A stretch of DNA of 64,000 bases from an uncultured Fibrobacterota bacterium. Lineage in GTDB: Bacteria > Fibrobacterota > Chitinivibrionia > Chitinivibrionales > FEN-1185. The position numbers and the translations under genes were made by a program. The notes beneath the pieces are model-generated. The model was not told the DNA's origin, did no database searches, and was given only the letters and a program-made list of their open reading frames with translations. Positions 50,703 through 59,359 of the stretch are shown here, piece after piece. The stretch lies in assembly GCA_963753345.1 (NCBI GenBank), contig CAVWBU010000047.1:96001-160000 (forward strand), in the 5' to 3' direction. Positions within the stretch are counted from its first letter, which is position 1. Every line of letters starts with the position of its first letter.

Positions 50703-51401
50703 ATGAAAAAAGCAGCGTTTCTTCTCTGTGCCGCGGCTGTCATGTCGGCATCCGCGCAGAGCAAGCCCGACGAAATAGCGGTGGTGCGCGCCATCCTCGA
50801 CAGCGCCGGCCGCAGTGATGTCACGGCCGAAAGCGTTACCAAGGCGGACCCGGAGGGCCGGATTGTTTTCCTGGACCTTACCAATAAAGAAATGGAAAAG
50901 GGGGGAATAAAGAGCATACCCCCGGAAATCGGCAGGCTCCGCGCCCTCAGGGAACTGCACCTCGCCCGCAACGAAATCGGCTCTCTGCCTTCCGAAATTG
51001 CATCGCTTACCAAGCTCAAGATTCTCGACCTGCAATACAACCAGATTGCCGAACTGCCTCCCGAAGTGGGCAAACTGGCCGCCCTTCTGGAGCTCGACCT
51101 GCGCAACAACCAGTTGTCGCAGCTGCCCAAGGAGCTGTTTTCGCTGAGTCGCCTTAGCGTGCTCAAGCTTTCCAACAACAATTTTACGTCGCTTCCCGAA
51201 GGGATCGGCAGGCTCGCGTCGCTCAAACAATTGTACCTCTCCAGCAATAAGCTCGTTACCCTCCCGAAAAGCGTCATTACCATGAAACGCCTCACCTATG
51301 TTGATTTTCAGGACAACAAATTCTGCAAAACGTCCGCGGAGTTCTCGGCGTGGCTCAAGAAATGGGATGACCGGTGGAAATCAAAACAAAATTGCCGGTG
51401 A
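50703..51401 (+). CDS. Secreted leucine-rich repeat protein
   Basis: Signal peptide; repeated LPxEIxxLxxLxxLxLxxNxL; AGGAGG RBS; TTGACT-17-TATATT at 50620-50648. Confidence 0.9.
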   Translation: MKKAAFLLCAAAVMSASAQSKPDEIAVVRAILDSAGRSDVTAESVTKADPEGRIVFLDLTNKEMEKGGIKSIPPEIGRLRALRELHLARNEIGSLPSEIASLTKLKILDLQYNQIAELPPEVGKLAALLELDLRNNQLSQLPKELFSLSRLSVLKLSNNNFTSLPEGIGRLASLKQLYLSSNKLVTLPKSVITMKRLTYVDFQDNKFCKTSAEFSAWLKKWDDRWKSKQNCR

Positions 51402-51418
51402 TCATTTTTTTTTCGATC

Positions 51419-51456
51419 AAAAAAGCCCCGGCTCTTTCGCGTCGGGGCTTTTTGTT
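51419..51456. terminator. Probable bidirectional terminator between convergent genes
   Basis: AAAAAGCCCCG...CGGGGCTTTTT. Confidence 0.75.
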
Positions 51457-51558
51457 TCCGCATCTGCTACAGGTATTACTGCCAACTCGGGCGGCAAATT
51501 AATAAAGAGCAGGGAAAGAATTTGTTGATCCACTCCCCCTCTCTCTTTGTAGTCTTGA

Positions 51559-52554
51559 CTACCGTGTAATGAGGAACCGCGATTCAGCCATGACGCCGTC
51601 CTGTTCCATCTGTAAGAAATAAACACCGGAAGTCAGTTTACCAAGAGACAGGCTCTGCGATTGAGTCCCGGAAGTCAAGAACTTTCTCATCGGGTTCCCG
51701 ACCTGTTTGCCCCGGCTGTCCATAATGGAAAATGAGGTCATGCCGGCTTGTGCCATGGTGAAAGAAATAGTAACCCTGTTCTCCATGGGAATGATCTTCA
51801 TCACACGTTGTTTCTCATGAACCATATCTGTCTGTACGACTTCAGCAGGATATTGGAGATCGAATTGCATCCAGTCCATGTTCCAGCTGCCATCCTTAAA
51901 TGTCAGCTGAATAACCTGCAATCCGGTATCAAGCATCACGGAATCCACATTCTTGGTGATGCTCCAAGAATGCCAGACTTCAGGACAGCCGGAGGGCAGC
52001 GGCGTATCGACCGGCATGTTTTTAATTGAATCTATTTTCACCTTCTGGCCATCATAATAGGTAAGCAACTGGAGATTCGGAAGGTTAGCATTAGCCTCAT
52101 GGAAACTTACATAATACATACCCGCCGTGTTGACATGAACGGAATATTTTTCCCATTCACCCGGGTCGCCGTTCGTGTAGTAGGTGGACGGAAGGATCCA
52201 TGCCAGATGCCAGTAGCCAGTTTCGTGCTGACCGGGGTTCGACCCGAAAATGAAGTCATTGCCGCTGAATGCCTGCATACTTACAATGAAATCCGCCTGG
52301 ATTTGCTTGCCGGAGGCATCCATTCTCATTGATCCGCCAGAATTGCTGTTTCCCGGGTAATGGAACCCCACTCCCTCCCCGCCCGAATCGAAAAATACGC
52401 ATAAAACCTGTCCGGGAATCTCCTGGTAATGGCCCCCTTGGACCGTGTCGCAGCAATAGGGTTTGCCGGTATATCCGGCCGGAATCGCGGCATTGACACC
52501 AAGAGATATTGCAAAAAACACCGCCGCTATGGCGGCAAGCTTGTAAAGACTCAT
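51559..52554 (-). CDS. Secreted carbohydrate-binding module (CBM6-like) protein with CTD
   Basis: IPGQV...FDSGGEGVGFH, GEWEKYSVHVNTAGMY, WNMDWMQF; CTD LTSGVYFLQM..RFLITR. Confidence 0.72.
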   Translation of the reverse strand: MSLYKLAAIAAVFFAISLGVNAAIPAGYTGKPYCCDTVQGGHYQEIPGQVLCVFFDSGGEGVGFHYPGNSNSGGSMRMDASGKQIQADFIVSMQAFSGNDFIFGSNPGQHETGYWHLAWILPSTYYTNGDPGEWEKYSVHVNTAGMYYVSFHEANANLPNLQLLTYYDGQKVKIDSIKNMPVDTPLPSGCPEVWHSWSITKNVDSVMLDTGLQVIQLTFKDGSWNMDWMQFDLQYPAEVVQTDMVHEKQRVMKIIPMENRVTISFTMAQAGMTSFSIMDSRGKQVGNPMRKFLTSGTQSQSLSLGKLTSGVYFLQMEQDGVMAESRFLITR

Positions 52555-52729
52555 AAAACGCCTCCCCCTTGTTAAGAAACCTGAACGGAAAAATAGTTCC
52601 GCTCAATGTACTTCTTGTCGCTGATGTAAATGCAGCAATCCTTCTTTCAATCCAAAAGTGAAGAAAAATCCACAGGGAACAAAACCCTGCTAATGTTTGT
52701 CGCCTTTATGCTTGCCCTTGCCGTTTTCG

Positions 52730-53845
52730 TCATGATTGCTCCCCTTTTCCTCCCCCACCATGAACCACGTTGGCAATCCCTCCGCGAGGCGAAACTATGG
52801 CCCCGGCCGGGCTAGGCGCCGCGCTGTGGCTTGCCTTCGGCTGTTGACGATTCGGCGCGGCGGCGGTAATGCTTCCGTGCGGTGCGCGCGGCAATGCCAT
52901 TTCAGGCCCGGGCGGCAACGGCGGCACGGGAGCTATCATTCTGCCGTGGGGTGCGCGCGGCAATGCCATTCCAGGGCCGGGTGGAAACGGCGGCACAGGA
53001 GCTATCATGCTGCCATGAGGAGCGCGTGGCAACGGCATCCCAGGGCCGGGCAGCAAGAAAAACGGTCCCGGCCGTCCGTGCGGCCCAAGAGGCAGCGGAG
53101 GACCTGGGGGCAAAAACACCGGCCCGGAAACAATCGACACAACAACAATGGGGGCATCCACCGGCATTTCTTCCGGATTGATCTTGAACCTTGTTTCATA
53201 CTCATTATAGTACCGCGGCCCCAGCAGGGGCTGCATCTTCTTGAACTGCCCGCAATTCATCGGCGCAGCCGCATCCGGTCCTGCGTTAGAGGCGACCGTG
53301 GTATAGCAGCCGGGCGTAACGAGAACCTGCGGTGCCGCGGGCACGAAGGGATTGAACACGCGCACGCGTCCGTCAAGGACGCGGACGTTGGTGACATATG
53401 GCTGCGGCGAAAACGCAACGATAAAATTCGTCCCCTCCGCATGGGCGACCGCCGTCGGCGTCCATACCTCGTAGCCCGAGCCGCGCTGTTCGATATCTTT
53501 TACATCAGAAAGAACCTCGCCGCCGATGTTGAGTACCGCGATGTGCCGTTTGTTCTGCCCGTCAATTGTGTCGCTGATCGTAATGCACGTGTTTTCTCCC
53601 AGTTTTATGGTGCTGTTGCCGAACGTAATCACCGCCTCCGCATCTTTCGACGTTCGTATGCTGTCTCCGGGGTGCACCGATGCGCCGTTCTGCGCCAAAA
53701 CCCACGATCCGCTTGCCGATTCAAACACCCGGGCCGTTCCCGTCACATAGGCAAGGTTTCCAAAAATTCGATGGTTCCCCTGGCCGCCGCATCCCGCCAG
53801 GAGGGCCAGCAATGCAGAGAAAACGCATAGCGCGAGGTGCTTCAT
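52730..53845 (-). CDS. FecR-domain lipoprotein with Pro-rich repeats
   Basis: LAG-C lipobox; GDSIRT, IKLGENT, VWTPTAVAHAEGTNF, VRVLDGRVRV. Confidence 0.8.
   Translation of the reverse strand: MKHLALCVFSALLALLAGCGGQGNHRIFGNLAYVTGTARVFESASGSWVLAQNGASVHPGDSIRTSKDAEAVITFGNSTIKLGENTCITISDTIDGQNKRHIAVLNIGGEVLSDVKDIEQRGSGYEVWTPTAVAHAEGTNFIVAFSPQPYVTNVRVLDGRVRVFNPFVPAAPQVLVTPGCYTTVASNAGPDAAAPMNCGQFKKMQPLLGPRYYNEYETRFKINPEEMPVDAPIVVVSIVSGPVFLPPGPPLPLGPHGRPGPFFLLPGPGMPLPRAPHGSMIAPVPPFPPGPGMALPRAPHGRMIAPVPPLPPGPEMALPRAPHGSITAAAPNRQQPKASHSAAPSPAGAIVSPRGGIANVVHGGGGKGEQS
52865..53050 (-). repeat. Intragenic 69-bp (23-aa) Pro-rich tandem repeat, ~2.5 units
   Basis: LPRAPHG(S/R)MIAPVPP(F/L)PPGP(G/E)MA repeated. 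Confidence 0.85.
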
Positions 53846-54209
53846 GGGGACAAACCTCCCTTTGCTGAAAAAATGTTTTCATTGTCTGCGGGGCGTTTGA
53901 CATTTGCAAAATCTCCTGTGCAAAACACCCCGCACCCTGATCTTGTCTCTCGGATAATTGTTGTGACCCCCGTCAATCTCTAAAAAGGGAAAACCCTCAA
54001 AGGCGTTTGCTTCGACTCGTACGCCACGGTGGTATTGCAGAAGGTTTCTGTAAGGAATATATCATTTTCAAGAACCAATAGCCACTCTTCGGAACGCTGG
54101 TCTTGCGATTTTCCCCGCCGCTACCGTCTTCAATGCGTACCCATCTGAATCCAATGGATTGATTTCACAGAAATCCGTGCAGCCGCCATATATTTTTCAA
54201 ATACCACTC

Positions 54210-54968
54210 ATGCTGCACCATCCCTGTTCCCGAGCGTTCTGGTTTCTTTTCATAATTACCCTGTCTAGTTGCGGTAAGGATCGCGCAATTGCCCGAACCA
54301 CTCCCCTCGTCGTTCGCACCATCCCCCACGACACGGCGGCGTTTACGCAGGGATTGTTCTATTGCAAAGGCCTCCTGTACGAAAGTACGGGCCTGTACGG
54401 CCGATCGAGCCTGCGGGTGCTGGACCCGAACAACGGCCGCATCGTCAGGAACATTCCCGTGCCCGATATTTTCGCCGAGGGGTGCGCCAGAATGGATTCC
54501 TCGCTTGTGCAGCTTTCCTGGCGAGAGGGCGGCGCGGCGATATATTCGTTTCCGTCGCTGTCGCTGCGGGGATCGTTTTCCTACGCGGGAGAGGGCTGGG
54601 GCCTTACGTCCGACTCCGTGTCGTTTTACATGAGCAACGGAAGCGACACTCTTTACCTGCGGGACAAGCGTTTCGGCGTGAAGAAAAAATTGGCCGTAAC
54701 GCTGGGCGGTGCGCCCCTGACGTCGCTCAACGAGCTTGAATATGTCAAGGGGCTCATTTACGCGAACGTGTGGTTCAACAACAACATCTACGTTATCCGT
54801 CCGTCAAGCGGCGCCGTGGTGCGGATTGTCGACTGCACAACGCTTGTTTCGCAGAACGCGTCCCCAAGCGATCAGGATGTGCTCAACGGCATCGCCTACA
54901 ACAACGACACCGGAACGTTTTATGTGACCGGAAAGCGCTGGCGGTATATCTTTGAAGTGCGGATGTAA
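54210..54968 (+). CDS. Glutaminyl-peptide cyclotransferase (plant/bacterial-type glutaminyl cyclase), lipoprotein
   Basis: LSS-C lipobox; PHDTAAFTQGL, LYESTGLYGRS, GEGWGLT, LNELE, DVLNGIAY, TGKRW. Confidence 0.93.
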   Translation: MLHHPCSRAFWFLFIITLSSCGKDRAIARTTPLVVRTIPHDTAAFTQGLFYCKGLLYESTGLYGRSSLRVLDPNNGRIVRNIPVPDIFAEGCARMDSSLVQLSWREGGAAIYSFPSLSLRGSFSYAGEGWGLTSDSVSFYMSNGSDTLYLRDKRFGVKKKLAVTLGGAPLTSLNELEYVKGLIYANVWFNNNIYVIRPSSGAVVRIVDCTTLVSQNASPSDQDVLNGIAYNNDTGTFYVTGKRWRYIFEVRM

Positions 54969-55110
54969 CAAGGATTGTTATTTATTCTTTCTGATTTGCC
55001 TTTCGCATGAGTGCAACGCCTCGGGATTTTGATTCTTTCTTGTTGATTCTATTTCAGACAAGAAGCCCGTTTGCAAGGGGCAAATAGCAAGAGCGGCGCA
55101 ATACTTTTAC

Positions 55111-55209
55111 CCGCGCGTTAGGTGGACCGGAGGGTGAGCTAGAGCGAATTGCCGGCCGACCCCGAGTAGGGCCGCACGGCCATGCGGTTCTACTCGGGGG
55201 AACGCCCAA
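55111..55209 (-). repeat. Dispersed repeat family B, copy 2 (just downstream of larB)
   Basis: Reverse complement TTGGGCGTTCCCCCGAG...GGGGTCGGCCGGCAATTCGCTCTAGCTCACCCTCCGGTCCACCTAACGCGCGG. Confidence 0.85.
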
Positions 55210-55223
55210 CTCTTAATTGTTTT

Positions 55224-55979
55224 TTATTTGCTATTTATCAACGCCGCCGCATACCCCGCCCCGAACCCGTTGTCGATGTTCACCACGGTGAGCCCCGACG
55301 CGCACGAATTGAGCATGGCAAAAAGCGGCACCAGGCCGCCCAGGTGAGACCCGTAGCCCACGCTCGTGGGAACCGCGATAACCGGGCAGGCAACGAGCCC
55401 CGCCACCACCGACGGCAGCGCGCCTTCCATGCCCGCCACCACGATGATTACCGACGCGTCAAGCAACTCGGTCTTATGCGCCAGCAGCCGGTGAATACCG
55501 GCAACGCCCACGTCGTTAAGCACCCTGCACGGATGGCCCAGCACCTCCACCGTGCATTTTGCCTCCTCCACCACGGGAATGTCCGCAGTGCCCGCAGAGG
55601 AAATGAGGACCGTTCCCTTCACATTGTCCTTTTTTTTCCAGTGCTTTGCTTTCTTCCAGAAGCACCGTCCCGGTCTGTTTGTTTCGACCGACGGCAGTTT
55701 CTTTTCGACAAGATCAAGCGTTTCGTTGGAGGCGCGCGTGCCGAACACGGTTTCCTCATGCGCCGCCATGGCTTTCGCAATGTCAACGACCTGCTGCGGC
55801 GTTTTGTTCTGGCAGAAAATCACCTCGGCATACCCCTTGCGCAGCGCGCGGTGATGATCGACCTGGGCGAACCCCATGTCCTCGAAGGGCAGCCCGGAAA
55901 GCTTCTTCATAGCCTCTTCAATGGACATCGACCTTTGGGAAACTGATTTCAGAATGTCACGCAACGGATCGTGTTCCAT
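55224..55979 (-). CDS. larB: Nickel pincer cofactor biosynthesis protein LarB
   Basis: FAQVDHHRALRKG.AEVIF, AGTADIPV, DVGVAGIHRL, AGMEGALPS, VPTSVGYG, NIDNGFGAG. Confidence 0.92.
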   Translation of the reverse strand: MEHDPLRDILKSVSQRSMSIEEAMKKLSGLPFEDMGFAQVDHHRALRKGYAEVIFCQNKTPQQVVDIAKAMAAHEETVFGTRASNETLDLVEKKLPSVETNRPGRCFWKKAKHWKKKDNVKGTVLISSAGTADIPVVEEAKCTVEVLGHPCRVLNDVGVAGIHRLLAHKTELLDASVIIVVAGMEGALPSVVAGLVACPVIAVPTSVGYGSHLGGLVPLFAMLNSCASGLTVVNIDNGFGAGYAAALINSK

Positions 55980-56038
55980 GCGGGTCCTTTCGTTGCCGTT
56001 CTCTTCGGACGGCTTTTCTTTTCGAAATATAACTGATG

Positions 56039-57007
56039 TTACTTTCCTATCGGCAGCCGCAGGAGCGCCTGTTCGATTTCAAGCGACGTTTTCGCAGCGA
56101 AGATTGCAGTCCTCACCATGGAGGACTGCGGCAGCCCCCGAATGTACCACGACGCATGCTTCTTCATCTCGGCAGCGGCTCTTCTCTCTCCGCACATTTC
56201 GCGGCAGCGGCGAAGGTGTGCACAGGCCGCTTGCACACGCTCGGACGCGTCGGGAACGCGCGCGGGCTTGCCGTCAAAAACGTCTTTGATGCGGGAAAAA
56301 ATCCAGGGGTTTCCCAGCGCTCCCCTGCCGATCATGACCGAATCGCAGCCGGTGTCGCCGAACATGCGCCCGGCGTCGGCCTCCGAATGGATGTCGCCGT
56401 TGCCGACCACGGGAATGCTCACCGCCTTTTTGACAAGGGCTATTCTTTCCCAGTGCGAATGCCCGGAAAACCCCATGGTCTTCGATCGGGGATGCAGGAC
56501 AATCGCGGAAGCACCGCAGTCTTCGGCCGCGCGCGCGAATTCGACATCCACCCAGGCGTTCTCGGCCCAGCCCGAGCGCATCTTTACGGTCACGGGGACC
56601 GACGCTGCCTTGACAAGCGCGGTTACCAGAAGCGAAAAAAGACTCACGTCCTTAAGCAGCGATGCTCCCCCGTTCTTTTTCACCACTTTTGCAACGGGAC
56701 AGCCCGCGTTAAGGTCGATAAAATCCGGAGCCGCCGCTTTCTGAACGTGCTCGGCGGCCTCGGCAAGGCGGTCTGCGCGCGCACCGAACAGCTGTATGCC
56801 TATGGGCCGCTCCGATCCGTCAAAATGAAGCAGCGAGCCGGTTGCGCCAGAGTTGTAATGCAGCCCTTCCGCGCTCATCATTTCCGATACAACAACGTCC
56901 GCGCCGTGTTCCCTGCAGATGCGGCGGAATGTGCTGTCCGATACCCCGGCCATGGGGGCGAGGAAAAGCTTTTTTCCGGCAAAATCCATTTCTTGAAAAT
57001 ACTCCAT
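56039..57007 (-). CDS. dusB: tRNA dihydrouridine synthase DusB
   Basis: LAPMAGVSD, IQLFG, IDLNAGCP, TVKMRSGW, GNGDI, MIGRGALGNPW. Confidence 0.92.
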   Translation of the reverse strand: MEYFQEMDFAGKKLFLAPMAGVSDSTFRRICREHGADVVVSEMMSAEGLHYNSGATGSLLHFDGSERPIGIQLFGARADRLAEAAEHVQKAAAPDFIDLNAGCPVAKVVKKNGGASLLKDVSLFSLLVTALVKAASVPVTVKMRSGWAENAWVDVEFARAAEDCGASAIVLHPRSKTMGFSGHSHWERIALVKKAVSIPVVGNGDIHSEADAGRMFGDTGCDSVMIGRGALGNPWIFSRIKDVFDGKPARVPDASERVQAACAHLRRCREMCGERRAAAEMKKHASWYIRGLPQSSMVRTAIFAAKTSLEIEQALLRLPIGK

Positions 57008-57154
57008 AGCCCATTCGCTGTTCCATCTCCACCGTTGTGCTGGCCAGCGGACTGCTGCAGCAGATGCATTGTGCATTTGCGTCCCAGGCTTTCCAATATT
57101 GAATTATTTTATTTATTCTTTACCTTATCATCACTGCGCTGGATTCGGCGATAT

Positions 57155-58081
57155 ATGAAACTTCTTCACGATGTCACGTTTTCGTCCCCTCCGCTACTGC
57201 TCGCGGCATGGCCGGGAATGGGCAACGTGGGTCTCATTGCCATGGACTACCTTCGACGGCGGTTGAATGCGAAGCTGTTCGCCGAAATAGACATGAGCCC
57301 GTTCTTTATTCCCGATTCCATTATCGTCAAGGACGGCATCGCCCAACTGCCGGAAATTCCTTCAAGCGTGTTCCACTATGCCACTAACCCCGACGTCATC
57401 ATCTTTGAGAGCAACGCGCAAATCGGCGGCAAGGACGGCATCACCATCATCAAGACGATTCTTGATATTGCCCGGCAGCACAAAGTCTCTCGCATCTTCA
57501 CCGCGGCGGCGCTTGCGCAGCCCATGAGCTTCCAGGCGACCAGCGACGTGCTTGTCGCCTGCTCCGGCACCCCGCACCTCGACTCCATCAAGCACTTCGG
57601 CGTGGTTCCCATGCCCGACGGCTACATCGCCGGCCTTAACGGTCTCCTGCTCGGCGTCGCGGCTTCGCGGGGCATCGACGCGGCCTGCCTCCTTGCCACC
57701 ATGCCGTCTTATGCCGCGAACATGCCCTACCCCAAGGCCTCGCTCGAGGTTGTCAAGGTCTTCGGCAAAATACTGTCCCTCGATCTCGACCTCGCCGAAT
57801 TGCTTTCGAGCGTCACGGATATGAACCAGCAGCTCGCCGCGATCGAGGAGCGTATCAGGCAGCTTTTTCCGGCCGAAAAAGAACAGGACGAGGAAATGTC
57901 GCAGATCGACGACGAGAAAGTACCGCATTACATTATGGAGAAGATCGAGAAACTTTTCAAAAAGGCGGAACTGGACCGCACGTCAGCACAGGAGCTCAAG
58001 AAGGAACTTGACAAATGGAATCTTTTCGAACTGTATGAAGACCGCTTTCTGGACCTCTTCGAAGACGACGCCGGCAAGTAA
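57155..58081 (+). CDS. PAC2 (proteasome assembly chaperone) family protein
   Basis: LAAWPGMGNVG, IAGLNGLLLG, ACLLATMP, PYPKAS. The real start is the ATG at 57155, inside the longer listed ORF. Confidence 0.82.
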   Translation: MKLLHDVTFSSPPLLLAAWPGMGNVGLIAMDYLRRRLNAKLFAEIDMSPFFIPDSIIVKDGIAQLPEIPSSVFHYATNPDVIIFESNAQIGGKDGITIIKTILDIARQHKVSRIFTAAALAQPMSFQATSDVLVACSGTPHLDSIKHFGVVPMPDGYIAGLNGLLLGVAASRGIDAACLLATMPSYAANMPYPKASLEVVKVFGKILSLDLDLAELLSSVTDMNQQLAAIEERIRQLFPAEKEQDEEMSQIDDEKVPHYIMEKIEKLFKKAELDRTSAQELKKELDKWNLFELYEDRFLDLFEDDAGK

Positions 58082-58102
58082 AAACGGCTCTCGCCCTCCT
58101 CC

Positions 58103-59239
58103 CTATGCCGATTTCAACAGATGTTCGATGACAATGTCCTGCTGCTGTTCGTCAAGGTAAGGATGCATCGGTAGGCTTAAAATCCTCCTACATACTTTTT
58201 CGGCAACCGGAAACTGGCCCGGCAAGTATTTGAGAGCCGCGAATGCCTTCTGCAGATGAAGCGGCTGGGGATAATATATTGCCGTCGGGATACCCTGTTC
58301 TTTCATGTGCGCTATTACCTGTTCGCGGTGGTCTGTTTGGATCGAATATTGCGCCCAAGCCGAGCGCATCCCTGCGGGAACCCGGGGGACGACCACGTTG
58401 CTCTGCAGTGCCGCTGAATATCGCGCCGCAACTGCCTGCCTGCGCGCCATCTCTTCCTCGAATATTTCCATTTTCGCAAGTACCACCGCGGCTTGAATCG
58501 TGTCCATGCGCCCGTTGATGCCTATCCTCACATTTTCGTACTTGTCGCTCCCCTGTCCGTGGATCCGCAACGACCGCAGAACCTCCAGCATCTGCCCGTC
58601 CCCACAAAACACCGCCCCGCCGTCGCCGTAACACCCAAGGGGTTTTGCGGGAAAAAAACTTGTTGCTGCCATGGTGCCGAAGCTGCACGACATCTTTCCG
58701 TCGGCCTTCGCACCGAAGCTCTGGGCCGCGTCCTCAAGGACAAAAAGGCCGAATTCCTTTGCAATTGAGTCGATTGCCGCGTAGTCGGCACACAGACCGA
58801 ACAGATCAACGGGAATGATCCCTTTGGGCCTTAGGTTCTTTGGAACGCCAGCGGCAACGCCCTCGCCTTTTGCCACGGCTGCAACCGCCTTGCGCAGCTG
58901 TTGCGGATCGATGTTATATGTTTCCTTGTCAATGTCCACAAACACCGGTGTAGCCCCGAGGAGGGCTATGACCTCGGCGGTGGCGATAAAGGTGAACGTG
59001 GTCGTGAAGACTGCGTCTCCGGGCCCGATGCCCAGTGCCATGAGAGGCAGAAGAAGCGCGTCGGTGCCGCTTGAGCAGGCAAGGCAATACTTGGTTCCCG
59101 CGTACGCGGCAAGCGATTCCTCGAGTTCGGCTATTTCCTTTCCCATAACAAAGCCGGCCTTCTCGAAAATGGCATCAAGCCTTTTTTGCAAAGACGGCTG
59201 GATGAGCTTGTACTGTTTTTTCAGATCAATGAAGTCCAT
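58103..59239 (-). CDS. DegT/DnrJ/EryC1/StrS family PLP aminotransferase
   Basis: SSGTDAL, EDAAQSFGA, SFFPAKPLGCYGDGG, NGRMDTIQAA, LSLPMHP. Confidence 0.94.
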   Translation of the reverse strand: MDFIDLKKQYKLIQPSLQKRLDAIFEKAGFVMGKEIAELEESLAAYAGTKYCLACSSGTDALLLPLMALGIGPGDAVFTTTFTFIATAEVIALLGATPVFVDIDKETYNIDPQQLRKAVAAVAKGEGVAAGVPKNLRPKGIIPVDLFGLCADYAAIDSIAKEFGLFVLEDAAQSFGAKADGKMSCSFGTMAATSFFPAKPLGCYGDGGAVFCGDGQMLEVLRSLRIHGQGSDKYENVRIGINGRMDTIQAAVVLAKMEIFEEEMARRQAVAARYSAALQSNVVVPRVPAGMRSAWAQYSIQTDHREQVIAHMKEQGIPTAIYYPQPLHLQKAFAALKYLPGQFPVAEKVCRRILSLPMHPYLDEQQQDIVIEHLLKSA

Positions 59240-59359
59240 TTTTTTCCATTTCTTGATTCAGTCTCGGCGGACGCACCATGGCGCTTGCTGCGCGACGATA
59301 ATGGTGCGATTTTTATCCCTGGGAACCGCGCAGCTTCAGGCGCTTCGGTGTGCACCGTT

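Noticed and set aside
53940..54050. Possible c-di-GMP-I riboswitch upstream of the FecR gene (GCAAAC on the minus strand)
   Set aside because: It lacks the GNRA tetraloop and the second GCAAA/receptor arrangement.
56036..57154. N-terminal half of the 681-aa + ORF as a fusion to PAC2
   Set aside because: It is antisense to dusB. PAC2 similarity starts at the ATG at 57155.
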